IMG/VR virus record: IMGVR_UViG_3300036766_000548
Coordinates: 1-64,000 of that record
Length of the DNA stretch: 64,000 nucleotides
Origin: a virus
Reading direction: 5' to 3' (one strand)
The notes beneath the pieces were generated by a model, which saw only the letters and a list, made by a program, of their open reading frames with translations, was not told the origin of the DNA and made no database searches. Positions 1-10,382 of the stretch are shown in pieces. Made by a program: the position numbers and the translations under genes. Numbering within the stretch: position 1 is the first letter of the stretch; the number at the start of each line of letters is the position of its first letter.

Positions 1-14
1 GCGATTCTGATTTC

Positions 15-398
15 TTGATAAACAATATAAAGCAGTCTTTTCCTGTAATGTCATTAGTCGGTGAAAACGCCTTGATAACGGCAATATCAAATGATTCTTC
101 CCACGATCTTATTTTTGCCCAACAGATATTCGGCTACGGTAATTTCGGCGATGTGCTGTTGGCTATTAGCACTTCTGGCAACTCTAAAAATATTATTTAT
201 GCCTGTGAGATAGCAAAGGCCTTGGGATTAAAAGTGATAGGATTGACTGGCTTTGATGGTGGCGAGTTGAAGGAATTGTGTGATGTATGCATAAATGTTC
301 CTATAGATACAAAAGAGACATATATCATTCAAGAATATCATTTACCCATCTATCATTTGCTATGTATGGCAATTGAAAACGAATTCTTTGGAGAATAA
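15..398 (+). CDS. gmhA: SIS-domain phosphoheptose isomerase (GmhA-like), probably 5'-truncated by window edge
   Basis: Motifs TAISND, GDVLLAISTSGNSKN, GLTGFDGG, IQEYH typical of GmhA. Confidence 0.85.
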   Translation: MINNIKQSFPVMSLVGENALITAISNDSSHDLIFAQQIFGYGNFGDVLLAISTSGNSKNIIYACEIAKALGLKVIGLTGFDGGELKELCDVCINVPIDTKETYIIQEYHLPIYHLLCMAIENEFFGE

Positions 399-1632
399 CA
401 TGAAGAAAAAACTAGATTTGGAATTATTGGCAAAACATGATTTATACCAAATAGAAGGGCCACAATGGGTTAAGGCAAAGAAAGGATATTTTATAGACAG
501 TGATGGCTATAAATGGATTGATATGACTTCTGGAATATTGACTGCAAATACTGGTCATAATAATAAAAAAGTGATTAAGAGTATAATGAAACCGTTAAGG
601 GATGGGATAGTTCAATCATGGTATAGACCTTCTGAATATAGATTAAATGCTCATCTTACTCTACAAAAGGTTTTACCAAAAAATTATACTAAAGCTATTT
701 TTTTAGTTACAGGATCGGAAGCAGTTGAACAAGCGTTGAAAATAGCGAAACATTTTATTGGTGATAAAGATATAATTAGTTTTACTTACAACTATCATGG
801 TTCTACTAATATGGCTTCTTCGATGAATATGATTCGTGAAGAACATTTGCAATTAAAGTCTCCTATTTGTTGCAAAGGATATTGTCCTTACGGAAAAGAT
901 AAATATGAAGGATGTGGGAAAGAATGTTTTGAAAAATCTGTAAAGAATCTAAAGAATCCTGGGGCAGTTATTTTTAGTCCATATCTAGGGGCATATTCTA
1001 CTTGGATGCCAGATGATTATTATTTGGCTTTTATAAAATGGGTAAGAGAAAATAATATATTCACAATTGATGACGAAGTACAATCAGGCTTTTTTAGGAC
1101 AGGAATTAAATGCTTTGGTATTGAAAATAGAGAATGTTATTTTGAACCTGATCTTATTTTAGGAGGAAAAGGCGCGACAGCATTATTACCGCTATCATTT
1201 TTATCTATAAATAATAAAATAAAAGTACCTATTGATGATTATTTTTCTACACATTCTGGCAATCCTGCTTGCTTATCTGCATTGGTTTCAGCTATAGATT
1301 TTTATATTGAAAATAATATTGGATTAAAAGTTGATAATATGGGTTTATATTTACAATTTATGTTAAGAAAATTAAGGCAGAAATATAGCAATATTATTAT
1401 GGATAATTTTGGGCAAGGGCTGGCGCAATCATTATTGTTTGTCAATAATGAACAAGGCAAAAAGTTAGTTCATGAAATATTTGTAGAAATGAGAAATAGG
1501 CATATTTTATTTATGGATACTGAAAGGCCAGTAATTAAATTTGTTCCTCCATTAGTGATAACAAAAAAGCAGATAGATAAAACAATAAACGAATTGGATA
1601 AAGTTATAGGGGAATTATATGGAACCAATTAA
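373..1632 (+). CDS. Class III PLP-dependent aminotransferase (likely start 400)
   Basis: TGSEAVEQALK, YHG, DEVQSGFFRTG, GKG and THSGNP motifs; GGAG RBS before ATG at 400. Confidence 0.85.
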   Translation: MKTNSLENNMKKKLDLELLAKHDLYQIEGPQWVKAKKGYFIDSDGYKWIDMTSGILTANTGHNNKKVIKSIMKPLRDGIVQSWYRPSEYRLNAHLTLQKVLPKNYTKAIFLVTGSEAVEQALKIAKHFIGDKDIISFTYNYHGSTNMASSMNMIREEHLQLKSPICCKGYCPYGKDKYEGCGKECFEKSVKNLKNPGAVIFSPYLGAYSTWMPDDYYLAFIKWVRENNIFTIDDEVQSGFFRTGIKCFGIENRECYFEPDLILGGKGATALLPLSFLSINNKIKVPIDDYFSTHSGNPACLSALVSAIDFYIENNIGLKVDNMGLYLQFMLRKLRQKYSNIIMDNFGQGLAQSLLFVNNEQGKKLVHEIFVEMRNRHILFMDTERPVIKFVPPLVITKKQIDKTINELDKVIGELYGTN

Positions 1633-1939
1633 AATAGGTGAAAGAGTTGGTTTAGTATTAAAAACAAATGTTAGAAAGCATTATTGTTTCTTTTTAGGAT
1701 ATGGCGTTTATGAAGGACAGTTTATTCCTATTGATTCTATAGATAAAAGAGTAAAAAGGTTAAATGAAGAACAAAAAATTTGTTGTAGATTCAAATTGGA
1801 TTCTGGAGAAATTATTTACGATTTTCAATGTTGGTTTATGTCGGAAGAAAGATTTAATGAGGCATTTATAAATGATTGTTATGAAGAAGGATGGAAAATT
1901 ATCAATGTCGACAACAAAGGTAGAAGAAGGCATGTTTAG
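1619..1939 (+). CDS. Hypothetical phage protein
   Basis: ORF overlapping previous stop; FLGYGVYEG motif; no family recognised. Confidence 0.6.
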   Translation: MEPIKIGERVGLVLKTNVRKHYCFFLGYGVYEGQFIPIDSIDKRVKRLNEEQKICCRFKLDSGEIIYDFQCWFMSEERFNEAFINDCYEEGWKIINVDNKGRRRHV

Positions 1940-2031
1940 ATTATATATAAAAATGTTAATATAAGGCGTAGAACGATTATATGAGCAATAGGCGTATAGT
2001 TCTTCAAATTCTTGTACAAAATCGCATAGTA

Positions 2032-2049
2032 AAATGATTTAATGGGTTT
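2032..2049 (+). repeat. Dispersed intergenic repeat core AAATGATTTAATGGGTTT, copy 1
   Basis: Identical 18-mer at 29164 (+) and 61668 (-). Confidence 0.85.
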
Positions 2050-2075
2050 CAGGCCATTTTATAAGGAGAAAAACA

Positions 2076-2921
2076 GTGACGATAGCATTGATTACAGCTC
2101 GTGGGGGGTCGATAAGACTTCCGAGAAAGAATATTTTGCCATTTTGTGGGATACCATTGATTGCATGGAGTATTTTACAGGCCAAGGGATCAAAATATAT
2201 TTCTGATGTTTATGTTACAACTGATGATTCTGAAATTGCGGATATAAGCGTTGAATATGGCGCCAAAGTAATAATGAGACCAATTTATGATAATGATGTT
2301 TCCGCTGGATATGTATTAAAACTTGCTGTAGAAGAATTGAATAAAAATAATATATATCCTGATGAAATCGTTTATATGCTTCCAACTTCTCCACTTAAAA
2401 AAGTGAATGATTTAGATAGTTTAATTGCTTCTTTTCATAATATAAATGAATATGAGATTGTTGATGATTTGGGTATATGTAGTCCCGATAAAGAATGTTA
2501 TATTTATAGGAATGTTGATAATATGTTGGACAATTATGGTATACCATATAAAATGATTCCTATAATTAAGGATAAATCATGGAATTATTCCAGGACGGTA
2601 GGAGGATGGGGAGTAGCAAAAACAAGATATCTAATGGATTTTTGGAATAAACAAGGAATGTATGATTCTGTAATAGATAGTAAATTAGGTGCCATTGATA
2701 ATGTTCCGGTGTATGGATATGCTATAGAGCCTTGGCAATGTTTTGAAACTGATTATGAAGATTATTTTAGGTTATGTGAATTGATTATGAAAGAATTTAT
2801 ATTAAAAGGAAAAGGAATAAATGCTTATAATTGTTCTTTAATACAAAATAAAGAATCCGATGTTGATAAACAATTCATATTACAATATTCTGGCAATTCA
2901 AAACAATTAGAGGAAGAATAA
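2076..2921 (+). CDS. Acylneuraminate/CMP-sugar cytidylyltransferase (NeuA/PseF-like)
   Basis: N-terminal ITARGGSIRLPRKN, VTTDD and PTSPL motifs; AAGGAG RBS, GTG start. Confidence 0.85.
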   Translation: MTIALITARGGSIRLPRKNILPFCGIPLIAWSILQAKGSKYISDVYVTTDDSEIADISVEYGAKVIMRPIYDNDVSAGYVLKLAVEELNKNNIYPDEIVYMLPTSPLKKVNDLDSLIASFHNINEYEIVDDLGICSPDKECYIYRNVDNMLDNYGIPYKMIPIIKDKSWNYSRTVGGWGVAKTRYLMDFWNKQGMYDSVIDSKLGAIDNVPVYGYAIEPWQCFETDYEDYFRLCELIMKEFILKGKGINAYNCSLIQNKESDVDKQFILQYSGNSKQLEEE

Positions 2922-2923
2922 TA

Positions 2924-4267
2924 ATGGATGAAAAAGAAATAAGGAATATAGAATCGACTATTAAAGCAGAATCTAATATGTATAATCAAGGAACAAAAAG
3001 CGCTCAACTTATACATGAAATTGTTAATTCTGCATATAATCATAAACCAATTATTGATAAGATAAAATCTGGACAAGCAAGGGATATATCCGATAGCGTA
3101 AAAATAACAGGAAATAAAAATTGTTTTATTTTAGGTTCTGGTCCTTCATTAGATGATTCTATACAATATTTGAAGGATTGGGAAGGTGGAATATTTTGCA
3201 CTCCTTCTCATGCTTTGAGTTTAATGTATTACGGAATTGAGCCTACATATATTTTAATACTTGATCCATTTGAGCAATGGGGGGATTTATCCGGGGTTGA
3301 TTGGTCAAAGACAAAAACAAAGTTAATCACTCACCCTGGATGCTATGTGGATTTGATAGAAAATTGGCCTAATGAGATTTTATTGTATTTGGAAAATGCC
3401 GCCAAACCAGATAGTTTTTATCAAGATGAACAACAAAAAATGTATTCATGGCGTACTGGAGATTTCAGAAAATCTACTTTTAATTTTTATATTAGAACCG
3501 CCATAACTATATTTGCTTGCAGCCCTCCAATGGAAATGTTTGCAGCAGAGATATTGGGATATGAAAAATTCTTTTTAGCCGGGTGTGATTTCGCATATCA
3601 TTCTGATAAGCAAAGATTTACTGATTATACAATAAAAGAAGCCTCCAAAATAAGTGACGAAATAATTGAATTATCCAATAGATTTAATGTTCCAATAGAT
3701 AAAAATTATAATAATATAGAATGGGAAAAGCATGAACATCCATTTAATCCTGACAATCCAAATTTGGTGAAAACAAACAGTGGCCTTTTATCAGAATCAA
3801 TACATATTTATTACTTAAAGAATTTAATGTCTGCATGGAGATTATGTGGCAAAACAGTTTATACCACGGATCATGGCGCGATGATACAAGTTCCATATCA
3901 TGATATAAAGGCCGTAATAAAAAAACAAGGTGATTTTCCCTTACAGCATAGGCCCTTTATAAATAAAATATGCGATGCTTATTTGGCTTCTACTGGTGCG
4001 TATGCAATTGAAACTAACCATGGGGTATTATTCGTAGAAAGTATGGATTATGAAAAAGAATTGCCATTATTCATGGTTGATATCATGAAGCGTTATCATT
4101 GTGCGACTTGTGGGGCTTCGATGAATAGCAATGATTCACTTCCTCATGATGGCGATGATTGTCCTAATTGTCATAAAGGTAAAATACAAAGATCGGTTAA
4201 TATTGATAGCGAAATGAATATGAATAGAATAAGAGAAAGCATAAAAAGGTATAAAAATGGCTTATAA
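2924..4267 (+). CDS. Maf/DUF115 (MAF_flag10-like) putative glycosyltransferase with C-terminal CxxC...CxxC
   Basis: CFILGSGPSLD and LAGCDFAY motifs; directly follows a CMP-sugar synthetase. Confidence 0.65.
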   Translation: MDEKEIRNIESTIKAESNMYNQGTKSAQLIHEIVNSAYNHKPIIDKIKSGQARDISDSVKITGNKNCFILGSGPSLDDSIQYLKDWEGGIFCTPSHALSLMYYGIEPTYILILDPFEQWGDLSGVDWSKTKTKLITHPGCYVDLIENWPNEILLYLENAAKPDSFYQDEQQKMYSWRTGDFRKSTFNFYIRTAITIFACSPPMEMFAAEILGYEKFFLAGCDFAYHSDKQRFTDYTIKEASKISDEIIELSNRFNVPIDKNYNNIEWEKHEHPFNPDNPNLVKTNSGLLSESIHIYYLKNLMSAWRLCGKTVYTTDHGAMIQVPYHDIKAVIKKQGDFPLQHRPFINKICDAYLASTGAYAIETNHGVLFVESMDYEKELPLFMVDIMKRYHCATCGASMNSNDSLPHDGDDCPNCHKGKIQRSVNIDSEMNMNRIRESIKRYKNGL

Positions 4268-4808
4268 AAAAATAACTGATAAATTTATAATTGAAAATGA
4301 AGCTACGATAAGATATGCATTGAGCATATTTCCATTCATTGATGAATATGAGGATATTTTACAAGAAGCTAGATTATGTTTGATTACAGCCTGGCGAAAA
4401 TTCGATCCAAAAAAATCATCATGGAAAACTTATGCTGTTTATCAAATACGAAAAAGATATAGGGATTATATACGAAGTTCCTTGGCAAAAAAAAGATCTC
4501 CAGTATCTAATGGATATGTAATCAATAGTTTTGACGCTTTTATTAATGATGGTAATAATATTGAGCAAGCTTTTTTAGTTGATGATGGCAAATTGATAGA
4601 TGAAACAATATATGCCAGCGATATTTATTCCATTTCAATGAAATTGATAACTAATGAAAAATATAGAAAAATGGTTCAATTAAGATTGACCGGAATGGAA
4701 TTCAAGGAAATAGGAAATAGAATGGGTGTTACAAAACAATGGGTTCAATATATATATAAAAAAGAAATGGATAATATCAAGAAATATTTTTATGAGAATG
4801 TAAAATGA
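4257..4808 (+). CDS. RNA polymerase sigma-70 family factor (possibly late sigma)
   Basis: Region 2 EDILQEARLCL..FDPKKSSWKTYA; region 4 FKEIGNRMGVTKQWV. Confidence 0.8.
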   Translation: MAYKKITDKFIIENEATIRYALSIFPFIDEYEDILQEARLCLITAWRKFDPKKSSWKTYAVYQIRKRYRDYIRSSLAKKRSPVSNGYVINSFDAFINDGNNIEQAFLVDDGKLIDETIYASDIYSISMKLITNEKYRKMVQLRLTGMEFKEIGNRMGVTKQWVQYIYKKEMDNIKKYFYENVK

Positions 4809-5119
4809 AAGTATATATATCAGGCCCGATGAAAGGTAAAAATAATTTGAATAGGGAAGAATTCAATAAAGCGGAATCTTATCTATTTTCTAAAGGATAT
4901 ATTCCAATCAATCCTTTTAATTTAACTATCAATCTGAATAGAAATGAATATAAAAATGATCATGAATATTATCATGCTTGTATGAAAATTGATTTACTGG
5001 AAATAATAAACAATTGTCAAGGTATTTATATGTTGGATGATTGGAAAGAATCAAATGGTGCTAATATAGAATATTTGGTTGCCAAAACTATAGGGTTGGA
5101 AGAAATATATTATGAATAA
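4805..5119 (+). CDS. DUF4406 / nucleoside deoxyribosyltransferase-like protein
   Basis: VYISGPM..N...F, PINP, IYMLDDWKESNGANIE. Confidence 0.8.
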   Translation: MKVYISGPMKGKNNLNREEFNKAESYLFSKGYIPINPFNLTINLNRNEYKNDHEYYHACMKIDLLEIINNCQGIYMLDDWKESNGANIEYLVAKTIGLEEIYYE

Positions 5120-5242
5120 AGCATATTATGAATTACTTCATTATACTATTATAATGACTAATTCTTTACAAGAATCCGTAGAAAAAGCCCTTGCTATTGT
5201 TTCTATAGCAAATATAATAATAATTGAAAGTGATTATATCGC

Positions 5243-5280
5243 ATACTTTATAAAAAAGTGATAAAATGATATAATATATA
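5243..5280 (+). promoter_or_regulatory. Sigma70-type promoter TTTATA-N17-TATAAT with extended -10; terS probably leaderless
   Basis: ATACTTTATA-N8-ATAAAATGATATAATATATA, repeated with the same spacing at 12542-12579; ATG 7 nt after the -10. Confidence 0.65.
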
Positions 5281-5282
5281 GT

Positions 5283-5813
5283 ATGAAAGTAACAAAAAAG
5301 TCAGATAAAAGCAACAAACAAACTTTAGATAATTCTATCAAAAAAGCTGTAGGAAGGCCAAAAGATTCCGGTATTAAATATAATCCTAAAATATATCCAG
5401 ATATTGTAAAATCATTATTGGCAAAGGGATATGTTGAATCTCAGATACAAGAAATAATACATATTTCAGTAGCAACATTTAATTCATGGAAAAAGAAATA
5501 TCCAGAATTTGTAAAAGCATTAAAAGAGGGCAAGCAAGGGCCGATTGATAGAACAGTAAATACATTAGAAAAAGTAGCAAATGGATTCAAGGAAACAGTA
5601 AAGAAAGCAATAGTAGTTTCCGATGGAGCACAGATAGGAAGTCATATTGAAATGGTTGATATTGAAGAATATATTCCACCGCAAGTATCAGCTATTCGTT
5701 ATTATCTAAATAATAGAGATAAGGATAATTGGTCTGATAAGCAGAATATTGAGATAAATGGCAAAATGGAATACAAAGTTATTCCAGATGACGAACTAGA
5801 GGAAAAGGAGTAA
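5283..5813 (+). CDS. terS: Terminase small subunit
   Basis: GRP motif, HTH (ISVATFNSWKKKYPEF), YYLNNR..W.DK; lies upstream of terL. Confidence 0.8.
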   Translation: MKVTKKSDKSNKQTLDNSIKKAVGRPKDSGIKYNPKIYPDIVKSLLAKGYVESQIQEIIHISVATFNSWKKKYPEFVKALKEGKQGPIDRTVNTLEKVANGFKETVKKAIVVSDGAQIGSHIEMVDIEEYIPPQVSAIRYYLNNRDKDNWSDKQNIEINGKMEYKVIPDDELEEKE

Positions 5814-5816
5814 ACT

Positions 5817-5969
5817 ATGGGTGGACCAGGATCAGGACGTAGAGCAGGTGGTGGTAAAGGTAAATTAAAGGTAAAAGGTAATCCTGGAAAAATGGATGTT
5901 ACTAGTAAAGCCGCTCAAAATTCAATGAAATCAGCAAGAAAATCTGCATTAAGGAAAAGAAGTAAATAA
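5817..5969 (+). CDS. MGGPGSGR-family basic mini-protein copy 1 (50 aa; missing from ORF track)
   Basis: AAGGAG-N6-ATG; MGGPGSGRRAGGGKGKLKVKGNPGKMDVTSKAAQNSMKSARKSALRKRSK. Confidence 0.8.
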   Translation: MGGPGSGRRAGGGKGKLKVKGNPGKMDVTSKAAQNSMKSARKSALRKRSK

Positions 5970-6176
5970 ATGGATTTATCAAAGTTAGAGCAACAAGTAT
6001 ATAAAACTCTTTTAGCTAGTGAAGCTAAGTATTCTAAACAAATACAAAAGACTTTACTTGATGCCTTAACTTCCATTTATGGTGAAATGACAAAGATATA
6101 TAAAAGATATGCAATTAATCAAGTAATGCAAGGAGTAAAACATGGGTGGACCAGGAAGTGGAAGAAAGAAAGGTAG
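5970..6176 (+). pseudogene. Truncated copy of head morphogenesis (gp7) N-terminus
   Basis: First 48 aa are 36/48 identical to the N-terminus of 10928..11926, then unrelated. Confidence 0.8.
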
Positions 6177-6333
6177 TGCTGGGAGTAAACATCCCGGTAA
6201 ATCAAATAATATCGTATTGATGCAAAGAAGCCAATTAAATCATGCAAAGAAAATGGGTAAGAATATTTTATATGAAAAGAATAAATTAACTAAAATAAAG
6301 AATACATATTTGAAAAGCAATAAAAGCAAATAG
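6142..6333 (+). CDS. MGGPGSGR-family basic mini-protein copy 2
   Basis: AAGGAG-N6-ATG; shared N-terminal tag; Lys-rich. Confidence 0.8.
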   Translation: MGGPGSGRKKGSAGSKHPGKSNNIVLMQRSQLNHAKKMGKNILYEKNKLTKIKNTYLKSNKSK

Positions 6334-6338
6334 TATAA

Positions 6339-8816
6339 ATGCCCGAACAAATTGAAATAGACTTAAAGGGATTCTCAAAAAAGATAAATCCCAAGTTCAT
6401 TCCATTGATAAAGGATCGCCATCCATTACAAATAGTAGTTGGTGGTGCCAATAGTTCTAAATGTTTTGCCAAAGGCATGCAAATTGTAATGTATTCAGGT
6501 GAATTGAAAAATGTAGAAGATATCGTTATTGGTGATTTGTTAATGGGAATTGATTCAACTCCTAGAAAGGTATTAAATACAAATAATGGTTATGGGAAAC
6601 TATATAAAGTATACCAACACCGAGGAGATGATTATACAGTTAATGAAAATCATATTTTATGTTTGAAGAAAAGTAAAAGTTGCAATAGATATAAAGAAGA
6701 TGGAGATTATATAGAAATATCTGTTTCTGATTATTTGAATAAAAGCACAAGATGGAAAAGAAATTTTTTAGGATATAGGACTGGAATTGATTTCTCAAAT
6801 AAGGAAGTTTCTATCGATCCTTATTATCTTGGTTTGTGGTTAGGAGATGGTGATAAAAATAGATTGTCTATTACGTCAATAGATGATGAAATAATAGAAT
6901 ATATATATGATTATGCCAAGAAAATAGGCGAGCGTGTTTCAATGATAAATAAATATGGCTATAATATCAATCATATTAAATATTCAAATGAAGTAAAGAA
7001 AGAGATTGCTAATATTTTTGCTAATGGTATTGTTGGCCATGGTTGGAAAAAAGGAACATTGAGATTAGTATGTGATAAAACTGGAATAAGTAATAGAGTA
7101 TGTTATCAATGGCTGAAAAATAAATCATTCATTAAATTGGTGGAATATTATAAGAAGCATCCAAAAGAAATTGATTATGATATAATTGAAAAAGAAAAAC
7201 AACAGGAAACACTTTACAGTAAGTTTGTTGAATATAATCTATTTTACAATAAGCATATTCCTAATGATTATTTATATAATTCATATGATATTCGATTAAA
7301 GTTATTGGCTGGAATTATTGATACTGATGGAAGTATGAAGGCTAATTGTTATACAGTAATTCAAAAGGATGAAAAATTATCATTCCAAATAAAGTATTTA
7401 GCTAATTCATTAGGATTCAAGTGTTCAATAACTAAAAGAAAATGTGAATGTGTTAATAATGGAGTGATAGGCGATTACTATTCAATGTGTATTTCTGGTA
7501 ATACTGAAAAAATACCTTGTAGGATAAAAAGAAAGATAGTAAAAAATCAAAGTGATAGAAAAGATCATTCGGTAATAGGAATTGATATTATTCAAATGGA
7601 AGATGGCGAATATTATGGATTTACTGTAGATAAGGATAATAAAGTTTTACTATCTGATTTTACAATAACACACAATTCATATAGCTATGCAGAAAAGATT
7701 ATTTATCATACAATACGGGAAAAGTATTTCCGGTGTTTGGCTACACGAAAAGTAAAAAAGGATGTAAAGCATTCTGTCTACGATCAATTGCGCGAAGTAT
7801 TGAATAGGTATAAATTAGAAAACTATTTCACTTACAATAATACTGAAAGTAATATTGTTTGCAAGTTGAATGGAAATGATATATTAGGCGTAGGTCTTGA
7901 TGATGTAAACAAATTAAAATCATTCACCAATCCTACATTCTTTTGGGCAGAAGAAGCTGATCAAATGACTCCAGATGATATTGAGCAATTAAGTCTACGA
8001 TTGCGTGGCCCTGACTATTGTTTCTTTCAAGGTGGATTGACATTAAATCCAATCAACGCCCAGCATTGGATCAAGTTAAAATATTTTGATCATAAGAATG
8101 ATGGGTGGATAACACATCATTCTACATATAAGGATAATCAATTCCTTTCGCCTAAAATTATTCAAAGAATGGAAGCGATAACTGATCCATATTATATAAA
8201 AGTATATGTGAATGGAGAATGGGGAATATTTACAAATGGTGTATTCTCAAATTATATAATAGAGGATTTTGATTATACAGAAAACGATTTAGAAGATGTT
8301 TGTTATGGAATGGACTTTGGATTTACCCATGCCCAGGCGATTGAGTGCGCTGGATTCAAGGATGGCGAATTATATGTATTTGACGAGTTGTGGGAAAAGG
8401 GGAAAACAAACAATCAATTCATGGATGATGCGAAAGACTATTTCGGTGATAAATTATATGATATGAGGATGACATGTGATTCCGCCGATCCTGACAAGAT
8501 AATAGAATGGGATAGAAGTGGATTTAGAGTAGAATCCGCGAAAAAGGGCCCAGGATCAGTGCGGTTTGGCATTGAATATTTGGTTGATAAAAAGATACAT
8601 ATACATGAAAGCAAGTGTGCCAATATCGCAAAAGAGATTCAACAGTTCAGGCGCAAAGAAGACAAGAATGGAAATGTTACTGAGGATTTTATAGAAGTGA
8701 ATGATGATGGAATAGCGGCATTGCGATATGGTACTGAATATATTTGGTCAAATACAAATCAAGTTTTTTATGATGGCACTAATGATAAATGGTCATTAAG
8801 CGAATTGGGATTATAA
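6339..8816 (+). CDS. terL: Terminase large subunit (PBSX/SPP1-type), intein-containing
   Basis: Walker A GGANSSK/S, GLDDVNKLKS, Walker B WAEEA, LTLNP, GMDFG, nuclease DDGIAALRY. Confidence 0.95.
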   Translation: MPEQIEIDLKGFSKKINPKFIPLIKDRHPLQIVVGGANSSKCFAKGMQIVMYSGELKNVEDIVIGDLLMGIDSTPRKVLNTNNGYGKLYKVYQHRGDDYTVNENHILCLKKSKSCNRYKEDGDYIEISVSDYLNKSTRWKRNFLGYRTGIDFSNKEVSIDPYYLGLWLGDGDKNRLSITSIDDEIIEYIYDYAKKIGERVSMINKYGYNINHIKYSNEVKKEIANIFANGIVGHGWKKGTLRLVCDKTGISNRVCYQWLKNKSFIKLVEYYKKHPKEIDYDIIEKEKQQETLYSKFVEYNLFYNKHIPNDYLYNSYDIRLKLLAGIIDTDGSMKANCYTVIQKDEKLSFQIKYLANSLGFKCSITKRKCECVNNGVIGDYYSMCISGNTEKIPCRIKRKIVKNQSDRKDHSVIGIDIIQMEDGEYYGFTVDKDNKVLLSDFTITHNSYSYAEKIIYHTIREKYFRCLATRKVKKDVKHSVYDQLREVLNRYKLENYFTYNNTESNIVCKLNGNDILGVGLDDVNKLKSFTNPTFFWAEEADQMTPDDIEQLSLRLRGPDYCFFQGGLTLNPINAQHWIKLKYFDHKNDGWITHHSTYKDNQFLSPKIIQRMEAITDPYYIKVYVNGEWGIFTNGVFSNYIIEDFDYTENDLEDVCYGMDFGFTHAQAIECAGFKDGELYVFDELWEKGKTNNQFMDDAKDYFGDKLYDMRMTCDSADPDKIIEWDRSGFRVESAKKGPGSVRFGIEYLVDKKIHIHESKCANIAKEIQQFRRKEDKNGNVTEDFIEVNDDGIAALRYGTEYIWSNTNQVFYDGTNDKWSLSELGL
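6462..7676 (+). mobile_element. Intein (405 aa) with LAGLIDADG homing endonuclease, inserted in TerL Walker A
   Basis: Begins CFAKG, block B TVNENHIL, YYLGLWLGDG and LLAGIIDTDG, ends THN followed by Ser. Confidence 0.95.
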
Positions 8817-8830
8817 AGGAGATTTAATAA

Positions 8831-10381
8831 ATGACTTTACAAAAGACTTCTAAAATAGTTTTAACTAATGAAGATATCTTGAAATATATTCAGGATTATG
8901 AGATTAAAACAGTCCCTCGCTTGAATGATTTATGGGAATACTACAAAGGTAAGAATGTAAAGATCACCAATAGGAAAACCCCAGATCCAAACAATCCTGA
9001 TAATAAAATAATTGTTAGCTATGGCAGGAAAATCGTCACTACTTATACTGGTTATGGGTATAGACCAAAATATATTACATATAAACCAAATATTAAGAAA
9101 ACAGAAGAACAGATAAATTCAAACGAAATGCATGTATCTGATGCCACTACAAATATTCCCGATCCTGTAGAAAAAGTATATACTAATGAAATACAAATTA
9201 TTTATAATTCAAATAATGAACATATTAAAACAAATAGAGCTGGTAGGAATATAGCTATATTTGGTTTTAGTTATGAATTGTTGTATGTGGATTCTGAATA
9301 TCAATTAAATGACGGGCAATTAAATACATTGGTGGCCCCTAAATTCTTTACTGTTGACCCTAGGGAAATGGTAGTATTATATAATTATGATCCAGAACCA
9401 AAAATAATAATGGCAATTCGTTATTATAAAATATCAGATAATGAATATAAAGTAGAAGTTTATTACAAAAATATGGTGGAAAGGTATGTTCGCTATAGGG
9501 ATGAAACAAATAATACTGTAAATGAATGGAGATTGAAAGCGGATATAGAAAACCCATCTACAATAAATTTCTTTTCCGGTATTCCTGTAGTGGCTTTTTA
9601 TCGCGGCGATGAAATGCAATCCATCATGGAAAATGTTTTGACATTGATAGATTCCTATGATGTGCTAATAAGCGATTCCATGAATGAATTTGATAGATTC
9701 GCTTTTGCTTATTTGATAATGAAACGGATAAGCCTGACCAACCCACAATCCAAAAAAGATCCTATAACAACAAGTAATGCATTAAAGGAATTAAAGAGAC
9801 GACGGGTGTTCGAGGGATTAGATAAAGATTCAGATGTAAAATTTCTAACAAAAGATATCCCCACAGAGTTCATTGAATATATGGCGAGTAAACTGAAAGA
9901 GGAAATACATTTACAATCCCATGTTCCCGATTTCACCACATTGACTGGGGCATTAAGCGGCGCTGCTATTGACAGGTTATTATTCGATTTTGAGAACTTA
10001 GTATCTAGCGATGAAGCTGATTTTGATGTGGCATTAATTAGAAGGGGAGAATTAATAACAGATTTTCTAGTTAAATTAGGAAGACTTTCTAAGGATTCTG
10101 ATTTTGCTACTATGATAAATATTTCGCATAAGCGTAATTTGCCATTGGACAGGAATAGTTTTGCTACAATGGCACAATTATTAGTAAATGGCGGATTTAG
10201 TAGAAGAATGATAGTATCGCAGATGCCCGAGGATATGGTGCCGGATGTAGAGGCAGAACTTGAGGAAGAAAAAAAGGAATACGTTGCGATGAATGGCGCT
10301 GATAATTTATATAATAATATAGATGAATTTGGAAATCCTATTGAAGAGATAGAAAATACTAATTTAGAACAAGGAGCATGA
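8831..10381 (+). CDS. Portal protein (SPP1 gp6-like)
   Basis: YYKG, NKIIVSY, LIDSYD..S...NE...F, SHVPDF, SGAA motifs; follows terL. Confidence 0.9.
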   Translation: MTLQKTSKIVLTNEDILKYIQDYEIKTVPRLNDLWEYYKGKNVKITNRKTPDPNNPDNKIIVSYGRKIVTTYTGYGYRPKYITYKPNIKKTEEQINSNEMHVSDATTNIPDPVEKVYTNEIQIIYNSNNEHIKTNRAGRNIAIFGFSYELLYVDSEYQLNDGQLNTLVAPKFFTVDPREMVVLYNYDPEPKIIMAIRYYKISDNEYKVEVYYKNMVERYVRYRDETNNTVNEWRLKADIENPSTINFFSGIPVVAFYRGDEMQSIMENVLTLIDSYDVLISDSMNEFDRFAFAYLIMKRISLTNPQSKKDPITTSNALKELKRRRVFEGLDKDSDVKFLTKDIPTEFIEYMASKLKEEIHLQSHVPDFTTLTGALSGAAIDRLLFDFENLVSSDEADFDVALIRRGELITDFLVKLGRLSKDSDFATMINISHKRNLPLDRNSFATMAQLLVNGGFSRRMIVSQMPEDMVPDVEAELEEEKKEYVAMNGADNLYNNIDEFGNPIEEIENTNLEQGA

Positions 10382-10382
10382 T

